DNA of 32,000 nt from Pirellula staleyi DSM 6068. GTDB lineage: Bacteria > Planctomycetota > Planctomycetia > Pirellulales > Pirellulaceae. Position numbers and translations under genes: made by a program. A model generated the notes under the pieces. It ran no database searches. It was given only the letters and a program-made list of their open reading frames with translations, and was not told the DNA's origin. The stretch is taken from assembly GCA_000025185.1 (NCBI GenBank), contig CP001848.1, forward strand, positions 4,230,001 to 4,262,000, read 5' to 3'. Below, piece after piece: positions 18,606-25,951 of this stretch; the first letter of the stretch is position 1, and each line of letters starts with the position of its first letter.

Positions 18606-18692
18606 CGCAGTTGTCTGCGATTCACTGGGTCGCTGGCAATCTCGCTTGATTCTCGAAACTAACGTGTTTTTCTTTTTTCTCTGGAGTATGAA

Positions 18693-19001
18693 ATGGCCAA
18701 AACGAACGAAGCGCTCGGCATGATTGAGACCAAAGGCTTCATTGCCTTGGTTGAAGCTACCGATGCCATGCTGAAAGCTGCAAACGTCGAATTCCTCGGT
18801 TGGGACAAGGTCGGCAGCGGTCTTGTTTCGGCATTCGTCACCGGCGACGTCGCCGCTGTGAAGTCGGCTACCGATGCCGGCGCTGCAGCTGCTGGTCGCA
18901 TCGGCGAAGTGGTCAGCGTGCAAGTCATTCCTCGTCCACACGAAGACCTCCACATCGTTCTTCCACCATCGATCAAGCGCGCTCGTCCTTCGGTCGAATA
19001 G
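18693..19001 (+). CDS. BMC shell protein, single-domain hexamer type (BMC-H)
   Basis: [26 protein letters not shown], pore-loop [23 protein letters not shown]: the Pfam00936 pattern. It has a 15-aa basic C-terminal tail. GGAG lies 6 nt upstream of the ATG, preceded by a 16-nt pyrimidine tract. Confidence 0.95.
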   Translation: MAKTNEALGMIETKGFIALVEATDAMLKAANVEFLGWDKVGSGLVSAFVTGDVAAVKSATDAGAAAAGRIGEVVSVQVIPRPHEDLHIVLPPSIKRARPSVE

Positions 19002-19062
19002 TCGCCCGGTCAGCAGCAAGTCACCTCTGAACTTAAGTTCTGTTTTGCAAGGAATACCTTAG

Positions 19063-19332
19063 ATGTCGAGTGCAATTGGATTGATCGAAACCAAAGGTCT
19101 CGTCGGCCTTGTTGAAGCCACCGATGCCATGGCCAAAGCCGCTAACGTGCAAATCGTCAAGCGCATTGGTATCGGCGGTGCCTTCATCACCACGATTGTT
19201 CGTGGCGACGTGGGTAGCGTTCGTGCCGCTGTTGAAGCTGGTGCCCAAGCCGCTCAGCAAACCGGCGAACTCGTCGGCAGCCACGTCATCGCCCGTCCTT
19301 CGGAAGGTCTCGTGGAAGCGTTCCTGAGCTAA
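19063..19332 (+). CDS. BMC shell protein, single-domain hexamer type (BMC-H), second paralog
   Basis: [54 protein letters not shown]. Confidence 0.95.
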   Translation: MSSAIGLIETKGLVGLVEATDAMAKAANVQIVKRIGIGGAFITTIVRGDVGSVRAAVEAGAQAAQQTGELVGSHVIARPSEGLVEAFLS

Positions 19333-19404
19333 GTCGTCCGCGCGATGCATCGTCTGTGTCGCGCCAGGGTAATGAGGAAAGTTCATCAAAGGAGTGTCTG
19401 CATC

Positions 19405-20589
19405 ATGAAGGTGCTAGTCGCCAATCTAGGATCCACGAGCTTTAAGTACCGTCTGTTCGACATGTCGAGCGAGACGCAACTGGCACGTGGTGGCGTTGAA
19501 CGAATTGGATCTCCCGAGTCACCTTGCTTCGTCGAAATCGGATCGAGTCGAACCGAACTTCGCACGCCTGTGCCGGATCATGCCGTCGCGGTGCGAACGT
19601 GTCTCGCTCAGCTCACCGATCCAGTTTCGGGATGCCTCAAGGATGCTTCGGAAGTCGCAGCGATTGGCTTCAAGGCAGTGCATGGCGGCCGCGTCAGCGG
19701 TGTGCAGCGTGTGACGCCCGATGTCCTGGCTGCGATGGAAGAGATGAACCTCGTTGCTCCGGCGCACAATCCACCCTACATCGCAGCCATGCGGCTTCTG
19801 GGCGAGAAACTGCCAGAAATTCCGCTTGTGGCCGCGTTTGAAACTGGATTTCACAACACGATCGCCGACCGACTTCGCACCTATCCCATTCCTCATGAAT
19901 GGGAAGAAAAGCTGCACATTCGCCGCTGGGGTTTCCACGGAGCAAGTCACCGCTATATCGCCATGCGAACCGCCGAACTCATCGGCCGCTACGATCTGCG
20001 CGTGATCTCGTGCCACCTCGGAGGCTCCAACAGTTTGTGCGCGATTCGCGGACAGCAAAGCGTTGCGACCACGATGGGAATGAGCCCTCAAACCGGATTG
20101 CCACACAACAATCGTGTCGGGGATTTCGATCCCTTTGCGATTCCGATGGTGATGAAAGAGTTTGGGCTCTCGCTGCATCAGGTGCTCGACACGCTGGCCG
20201 AAAAAAGTGGTCTGCTCGGACTATCGGGAATCAGCGGAGATATTCGCGATCTCGAGCAAGCAGCAGCCGAAGGTAAATCGCGTGCACGACTCGCGCTCGA
20301 TGTTTTCATCGCCGAAATTCGCCGTCATTTAGGTGGGCTTCTGGTCGAACTAGGTGGCGTCGATGCCGTCGTGTTCACCGGAGGAATTGGCGAGAACAGC
20401 CGAGCAACTCGTGCAGGTGTCTGTGCCGGACTCAGTGAACTCGGGATCGATCTCGATCTCGCGAAGAATGAAACGCATCGCGGCGAAGGTTGCCTCTCGT
20501 CGCCCGCAAGCCGTGCTCAGATTTGGGTGATTCCGACCAACGAAGAGTTGATCGTGGCACGCCAAACAAAGCACTTGCTGGAAGGATAA
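19405..20589 (+). CDS. ackA: acetate/propionate-family kinase (acyl-phosphate -> acid + ATP)
   Basis: [15 protein letters not shown] (N-terminal ASKHA phosphate loop), [24 protein letters not shown] 19405 has AAAGGAG at 19388-19394. The longer track ORF from 19345 is rejected. Confidence 0.9.
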   Translation: MKVLVANLGSTSFKYRLFDMSSETQLARGGVERIGSPESPCFVEIGSSRTELRTPVPDHAVAVRTCLAQLTDPVSGCLKDASEVAAIGFKAVHGGRVSGVQRVTPDVLAAMEEMNLVAPAHNPPYIAAMRLLGEKLPEIPLVAAFETGFHNTIADRLRTYPIPHEWEEKLHIRRWGFHGASHRYIAMRTAELIGRYDLRVISCHLGGSNSLCAIRGQQSVATTMGMSPQTGLPHNNRVGDFDPFAIPMVMKEFGLSLHQVLDTLAEKSGLLGLSGISGDIRDLEQAAAEGKSRARLALDVFIAEIRRHLGGLLVELGGVDAVVFTGGIGENSRATRAGVCAGLSELGIDLDLAKNETHRGEGCLSSPASRAQIWVIPTNEELIVARQTKHLLEG

Positions 20590-20594
20590 TTTCG

Positions 20595-20909
20595 ATGTTC
20601 GTTGCGAAAGTAACCGGATCACTCGTCTCGACGCAGAAGGTGGCGTCGATGGTGGGCTACAAGCTCCTCATCGTCGAACCTTATCGCGTCGAGCCCAAGG
20701 ATCGCACGACACTCGTCACCACAGGACGCACGTTTGTAGCCGTCGACACCTTGGGTGCCGGCGTGGGGGACTACGTCCTGCTGACGCAAGGGAGCAGCGC
20801 TCGTCTCACTCCCGAGACTAAGTCACTCCCCATCGATGCCGTCGTGATCGGGATCGTCGATACGGTGCATGTCGACACGGGATGCGTTTATTCCCGCGAA
20901 AACAGCTAA
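20595..20909 (+). CDS. BMC vertex protein (EutN/CcmL family, BMC-P), paralog 1
   Basis: MFVAKVTGSLVSTQK and AVDTLGAGVGDYVL fit the Pfam03319 pattern. The ATG lies 5 nt after the ackA stop, with GGAAGGA upstream. Confidence 0.9.
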   Translation: MFVAKVTGSLVSTQKVASMVGYKLLIVEPYRVEPKDRTTLVTTGRTFVAVDTLGAGVGDYVLLTQGSSARLTPETKSLPIDAVVIGIVDTVHVDTGCVYSRENS

Positions 20910-20990
20910 GGCTTCGTTCCGCTCGTCATGCATCGCGCTTCGCAGCGAACCTAACTACTCCGCCCAAAAACACTCCAATCGAGTTTGAAT

Positions 20991-22430
20991 ATGCAGATCA
21001 ACGAAGAGCTTATCCGCAACGTCGTCGCCAAAGTGCTCGCCGAGGTCAATCGCGGCGCACATGCTGGCAGCAAATCTTTTGCTGGCCGCAATGGCGTGTT
21101 TACTTGTCCGGATGAAGCTGTCGCTGCCGCTCGCACCGCTTTCGAGCAACTCTCGGAGCGAGGCCGCGAAGAACGCAAGCGAATCATCGATCACATCCGC
21201 CGCATTTCGATCGATCAGTCGGTCGAACTCGGCACGATGGAAATGAACGAAACGAAAATCGGCCGCTTGCAGCACAAGATCGAAAAGCTGCATACACTCG
21301 GGATGAAGACCCCCGGTGTCGAGTTCCTTCGCTCGGAAGTTTATAGCGGCGATCATGGCCTCGCGGTCATCGAGCACGCACCCTTTGGAGTGATCGGTGC
21401 CATCACTCCCGTCACCCACTCGCTCCCCACCATCACCGGCAATGCTGTGAGCATGATTGCGGCTGGTAATGCCCTGGTCGTGAACCCACACCCCAGTGGT
21501 AAGAAAGTGGCTGCCGAAGGTGTGCGTCGTTTCAACGCGGCGATCTACAAAGATCTCGGCATCGACAACCTGATCAGTGTGATTGCCGAACCGACCCTCG
21601 AGACTGCCAACTCACTGTTCGCTCATCGTGGTGTGAACATGATTTGCGTGACAGGCGGTCCCGCAGTCGCTCGCGCAGCGCTGAAGAGTGGCAAACGGGC
21701 CGTGGTTGCTGGTCCTGGTAACCCACCTGTAGTCGTCGACGAAACAGCCGACCTCGATCGGGCTGCCCGCGCCATCATTCAAGGTGGTGCTTATGACAAC
21801 AACTTGCTCTGCATCGCCGAGAAAGAAGTCTTCGTGGTCGCCAGCGTCTTCGACGCCATGATGGCCGCCATGGAACGAGCTGGCGCTGTCCGACTGAATG
21901 CCAAAGAGGTCGATGCTTTGACCAAAGCCGCCATCATTCAAGTGGGTGAAGGGGAGCATAAGCACGACGCTCCGAGCAAGGATTTCCTCGGTCAAGATGC
22001 TGCGGTCCTCGCTCGCGGTGCCGGCAAATCGGTACCAGCCAATGTGGAACTCCTCTTCGGCGAAACCGACGAGCACAACCCATTCGTTCCTGTCGAACAG
22101 ATGATGCCGTTCGTTCCGTTCGTTCGTTGCCGCGACGTCGATCATGCGATTGAACTAGCCAAGAAGTACGAACATGGCTTCCGGCACACCAGCATCATTC
22201 ACAGCAATAACGTTCGAAACATGACCCGCATGGGTCGTATCCTCGACACCACGCTATTCGTGAAAAACGGACCTTGCATGGCGGCTCTAGGACTGGGTGG
22301 CGAAGGCTACTTGTCGTTCTCAATCGCTGGTCCCACGGGTGAAGGGGTCACGACACCACTTACTTTCACCCGCGAACGTCGCTGCTCGCTGATCGACGAT
22401 CTCTACATCCTCGGCAAGCCCAAGAGCTAA
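20991..22430 (+). CDS. CoA-acylating aldehyde dehydrogenase (PduP/EutE-like) with N-terminal encapsulation-peptide-like helix
   Basis: The catalytic-Cys context [10 protein letters not shown] and [14 protein letters not shown] are typical of BMC acylating AldDH. The N-terminal [17 protein letters not shown] precedes a short linker. Confidence 0.9.
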   Translation: MQINEELIRNVVAKVLAEVNRGAHAGSKSFAGRNGVFTCPDEAVAAARTAFEQLSERGREERKRIIDHIRRISIDQSVELGTMEMNETKIGRLQHKIEKLHTLGMKTPGVEFLRSEVYSGDHGLAVIEHAPFGVIGAITPVTHSLPTITGNAVSMIAAGNALVVNPHPSGKKVAAEGVRRFNAAIYKDLGIDNLISVIAEPTLETANSLFAHRGVNMICVTGGPAVARAALKSGKRAVVAGPGNPPVVVDETADLDRAARAIIQGGAYDNNLLCIAEKEVFVVASVFDAMMAAMERAGAVRLNAKEVDALTKAAIIQVGEGEHKHDAPSKDFLGQDAAVLARGAGKSVPANVELLFGETDEHNPFVPVEQMMPFVPFVRCRDVDHAIELAKKYEHGFRHTSIIHSNNVRNMTRMGRILDTTLFVKNGPCMAALGLGGEGYLSFSIAGPTGEGVTTPLTFTRERRCSLIDDLYILGKPKS

Positions 22431-22461
22431 CCCAGGTTTGAGTGTCACACAGGAGCCTTCG

Positions 22462-22719
22462 ATGCAAGTCGCACTCGTGGTTGGAACGGCCACCGCAACG
22501 CTGAAGCACAGCTCGATGAAGTCGCAAAAGCTGCTCATCGTGCAGCCGATGCTCGTCGATGGCAGCACCCCCGATGGCGACCCTCAAGTGGCGGTCGATG
22601 CCGTGGGGGCAGGCAAAGGGGAACGTGTGCTGATCAGCAGTGATGGTCGCTACATGCGAGATGTTTTGAAGGCGGATGCTACTCCGGTTCGCTGGAGTGT
22701 GATCGGAATCTGTGATTAA
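22462..22719 (+). CDS. BMC vertex protein (EutN/CcmL family, BMC-P), paralog 2
   Basis: MQVALVVGTATATLKH, AVDAVGAGKGERVL. AGGAG at 22451-22455. Confidence 0.9.
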   Translation: MQVALVVGTATATLKHSSMKSQKLLIVQPMLVDGSTPDGDPQVAVDAVGAGKGERVLISSDGRYMRDVLKADATPVRWSVIGICD

Positions 22720-22745
22720 CCAACTCGCTGCATAGACGTGAATTT

Positions 22746-23492
22746 GTGAACGCTACCGAAGTCGAAAACCTGGTTCGCGAAGTGCTGCGGCAGCTTACTG
22801 CCGTTAGCTCCGCCGCGCCTGGTTCGACCGCTGTCGCGTCGCCGAAACCCCCAGTCGAAACTCCCCGAACAGCACCCATTCCTAGTGGAACGGCAGTCGT
22901 TCGCGATTCGCTGGTAACACTCGCTTCGATCGAAGACCGCTTGACCGGCATTTCGCGGATGGTCGTTTCGTCGCGAGCTATCGTTACGCCAGCTGTGGTC
23001 GATGAACTTCGCAAACGGGGAATTTCGATCGTTCGGTCGGCGGATGCCATCGCTGGTACAACGCTCGCCAATCTCGGGCGGGAATTGGTGGTTACGCTCG
23101 CCTCCGATGGTCTGGCCGCACTGCGAACCGATTTGGTGAGTGTGCTTCGCCGGACAATTCCTCAGCTGGAACTGATCGATAACTGCCGCTCGCCCAAGCT
23201 CGAAGATGTGCTGGCCGAACTAACGTCGCGCGTCGTATCGCGTGGCCGTGTGGGATTGCTCCTGACGTCGACGACCGCTGTAGCAGCTGCCCTGGCGAAC
23301 CGCACCCGCGGTGTTCGAGCCTTGGTCGCCACGAGTGGCCAGTCGATCGACGACGCAGCCGACACACTGGCTCCCAATTTGATTGTGGTCGACCGCTTGA
23401 AAGTCAACGTCTGGCAACTCCGCGCGATTGCCTCGCGGCTGGTGTCGCACGGTGTAATGACCCCTGCGGCTCCCTGGAACCAATTGCTCTAG
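22746..23492 (+). CDS. BMC-associated protein of unknown function: EP-like N-terminus, Pro-rich linker, EutQ-N-like module, degenerate RpiB/LacAB-like domain
   Basis: GTG start, the only start-like codon after the upstream in-frame stop apart from a CTG. It sits between two pentamer genes with gaps of 26 and 14 nt. Domain reading is given in the findings. Confidence 0.7.
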   Translation: MNATEVENLVREVLRQLTAVSSAAPGSTAVASPKPPVETPRTAPIPSGTAVVRDSLVTLASIEDRLTGISRMVVSSRAIVTPAVVDELRKRGISIVRSADAIAGTTLANLGRELVVTLASDGLAALRTDLVSVLRRTIPQLELIDNCRSPKLEDVLAELTSRVVSRGRVGLLLTSTTAVAAALANRTRGVRALVATSGQSIDDAADTLAPNLIVVDRLKVNVWQLRAIASRLVSHGVMTPAAPWNQLL

Positions 23493-23506
23493 GAGCTTCA
23501 GCAGCC

Positions 23507-23791
23507 ATGCGAATTGCCAAAATCGTCGGAACTGTCACCCTCAGCCGTTGCCACGACACCTTCGTGGGAGCGAGCTTGCGATTAGCAGTTCCGATGACCT
23601 TGCCCGAACTGCGCGGCGAGACTCAGCCTGCAGCCGATGAAATCGTCGTTTGGGACGACCTCGGCGCCGGTCTCGGCTCGATGATTGCCGTCAGTGAAGG
23701 TGGCGAAGCGGCTCAGCCGTTCCGCCCGAAAGACAAACCGGTCGATGCCTACGCAGCAGCGATTTTCGACGACCTGCGTCTCGACCCCTAA
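23507..23791 (+). CDS. BMC vertex protein (EutN/CcmL family, BMC-P), paralog 3 (divergent)
   Basis: MRIAKIVGTVTLSRCH, WDDLGAGLGSMIAV. It carries an internal acidic/Pro insertion, LPELRGETQPAADE. Confidence 0.85.
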   Translation: MRIAKIVGTVTLSRCHDTFVGASLRLAVPMTLPELRGETQPAADEIVVWDDLGAGLGSMIAVSEGGEAAQPFRPKDKPVDAYAAAIFDDLRLDP

Positions 23792-23868
23792 ACCGAAACC
23801 AACTTACCACCGTGCGGAACTTGGTTCCGCGAACCATACATTTCACTTCCTACTGAGGAATCTAGATC

Positions 23869-24732
23869 GTGGCGAATATTCACAAGCTGAAGCAAGACAT
23901 CTGCGAGATCGGTCGTCGCCTCTATAACAAAGGCTTCGCCGCTGCGAATGACGGTAACATCACGATTCGTGTCAGCGAGAACGAAGTGCTCGTTACACCC
24001 ACCATGCACTCGAAGGGTTTTCTCAAGCCCGAAGATATTTGCATGATGGATATGTCGGGCAAGCAGATTGGCGGCACCAAGAAACGCTCGAGCGAGGCGC
24101 TGTTGCACCTCGAGATCTTTCGCGAACGTCCCGAAGTGAAAAGTGTGGTGCACTGTCATCCACCACATGCCACCGCGTTTGCCATCGCTCGTGAGCCGAT
24201 TCCCCAGTGCGTGCTTCCCGAAGTCGAAGTCTTTCTGGGTGATGTTCCAATCACCATGTATGAGACTCCTGGCGGAAAAGAATTCGCAGAGACGGTGCTC
24301 CCCTTCGTCAAGAAGACCAACGTCATCATCCTGGCCAATCACGGCACAGTGAGCTACGGCGATAACGTCGAACAAGCCTACTGGTGGACGGAAATTCTCG
24401 ACGCCTATTGCCGCATGCTGATGCTCGCCAAAGATCTCGGCCGCGTGAACTACTTCAGCGAGAAGAAAGAACGCGAGCTGCTTGAGCTGAAAGACAAGTG
24501 GGGCTGGAAAGATCCTCGCAATACACCTGAATACAAAGATTGCGACATCTGCGCCAACGACATCTTCCGCGACAGCTGGAAACAATCGGGCGTGGAACGC
24601 AAAGCCTTTGAGGCTCCCCCTCCGATGGCACCATCTGCCAAGAAAGAGGCTGCTCCTGCAGCCGCCGGAGATCAGGAAGCACTCGTCAGACTCATCACCG
24701 AACGTGTGCTCGCCGAGCTCTCGAAGAAGTAG
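23869..24732 (+). CDS. class II (metal-dependent) aldolase, fuculose-/rhamnulose-1-phosphate aldolase-like, with C-terminal encapsulation-peptide-like helix
   Basis: GNITIR, E-x-x-LH (SSEALLHLEIF), VVHCHPPHATAF and LANHGTVSYG form the Aldolase_II pattern with Zn-binding His residues. The C-terminal extension is an A/P/K-rich linker followed by QEALVRLITERVLAELSKK. GTG start with GAGGAA upstream. Confidence 0.9.
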   Translation: MANIHKLKQDICEIGRRLYNKGFAAANDGNITIRVSENEVLVTPTMHSKGFLKPEDICMMDMSGKQIGGTKKRSSEALLHLEIFRERPEVKSVVHCHPPHATAFAIAREPIPQCVLPEVEVFLGDVPITMYETPGGKEFAETVLPFVKKTNVIILANHGTVSYGDNVEQAYWWTEILDAYCRMLMLAKDLGRVNYFSEKKERELLELKDKWGWKDPRNTPEYKDCDICANDIFRDSWKQSGVERKAFEAPPPMAPSAKKEAAPAAAGDQEALVRLITERVLAELSKK

Positions 24733-24819
24733 TTCTCTGAGAACTTCTTCACGAAAATTCGGCCGGAAGTGTCCGTTCTACTCTCGAACTCTTGTTATCT
24801 TTGACGCTGTGGTGTGATC

Positions 24820-25764
24820 ATGAAAGTTTCGATCATCGGTGGTGCTGGTCTCGTCGGTTCGAGTGCCGCTTTTGCGCTGCAGTGCGGCGGTGTGGCCAGT
24901 GAAATTGCTTTACTCGACGTGAACCTCGATCTAGCAGGTGGGCATGCCCTCGACTTGCTGCATGGTGGGCCAAGTACCGCCGATCAAGTGATTACCGCTG
25001 GTGGCTATGAGCATGTTCCCGATAGCGACATTATCTGCATCACTGCCGGTTTGCGTCGTAAGCCTGATGAAAGTCGACTCGATCTGATCAATCGTAACAC
25101 CGACCTGTTCGTCTCGATCCTCACCGAGATCCAGAAGGTGGGTTACAAGAAAGAGGCGATTGTGATTGTGGTGAGCAATCCGGTCGACATCCTTACCTAC
25201 GTTGCTGCCGATCGCTTGAACTTGCCTCACTCGCAGGTGATTGGTCTCGGAACGCAGCTCGATACGATTCGTTTCCGAAGTCTGATCGCGCAGCAGTTGA
25301 AGGTCGCTCCTTCGCAAGTGCAAGCACTGATCCTGGGGGAGCATGGCGACAGCATGGTGCCGATCTGGTCGAGCGCGACGATTGCTTCGCTGCCACTGGA
25401 TAAGTTTCCAGGCTGGAATCTTCGTCTGGCGGACGAACTCTTTACCCGCACCAAGGGTTCGGGAGCCGAGGTGATTAAGAAGAAAACCGGCGCTGGCTTT
25501 GCCGTGGGGATTGCGATCCGCGATCTTGTCGATTCGATCATCCTCGACCAGAAACGGATTCTGCCGATCTCGTCGATCCAAAATGGTTGCTACGACATTC
25601 GCGACGTCGCGCTGAGTGTTCCAACAGTTCTCGGCCGCAAGGGTGTGGTGGCCCGTCACGAAATCGAACTTTGGCCGAAGGAAGTGCAGCTGCTTCGCAA
25701 GAGTGGTTTGGTGCTCCGCCAAACCCTCGAACAAGTGCTCGCCCGCATCGGCCGAAAGAAGTAG
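24820..25764 (+). CDS. L-lactate/malate dehydrogenase-family NAD oxidoreductase
   Basis: Rossmann motif KVSIIGGAGLVGSSAAF, AGLRRKPDESRLDL, SNPVD, IGLGTQLDTIRFR, and catalytic His in LGEHGDS. ATG 24820 is preferred over GTG 24814. Confidence 0.9.
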   Translation: MKVSIIGGAGLVGSSAAFALQCGGVASEIALLDVNLDLAGGHALDLLHGGPSTADQVITAGGYEHVPDSDIICITAGLRRKPDESRLDLINRNTDLFVSILTEIQKVGYKKEAIVIVVSNPVDILTYVAADRLNLPHSQVIGLGTQLDTIRFRSLIAQQLKVAPSQVQALILGEHGDSMVPIWSSATIASLPLDKFPGWNLRLADELFTRTKGSGAEVIKKKTGAGFAVGIAIRDLVDSIILDQKRILPISSIQNGCYDIRDVALSVPTVLGRKGVVARHEIELWPKEVQLLRKSGLVLRQTLEQVLARIGRKK

Positions 25765-25773
25765 TTTTCCCTT

Positions 25774-25794
25774 CAGCTCATACCGCCTGAGCTG
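25774..25794 (+). terminator. hairpin just after the last BMC-operon gene (weak terminator candidate)
   Basis: CAGCTCA (25774-25780) pairs with TGAGCTG (25788-25794) around a 7-nt loop. A second 5-bp hairpin lies at 25795-25812. No U-tract follows, so the terminator call is weak. Confidence 0.25.
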
Positions 25795-25951
25795 GACGCT
25801 ATCCCCGGCGTCCTACTCCCTCAAGAAAAATTGGCACGCCCCCTAAATTCACGAATCTGTGGGGGGGAGGTAGCCGTCTTACGTATGAATCCCGCAGGTT
25901 GTGCCACTCGGCAAGAGCCTGCCGTGTCTTTAAAATCTCGGGGAATTCGTG

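Noticed and set aside
19345-19404. Upstream ATG extension of the acetate kinase ORF ([20 protein letters not shown]).
   Set aside because: Acetate kinases begin at the MKVLV-x-N-x-GSSS/T-K phosphate loop. The ATG at 19405 has a strong AAAGGAG. The extension would also overlap the intercistronic hairpin.
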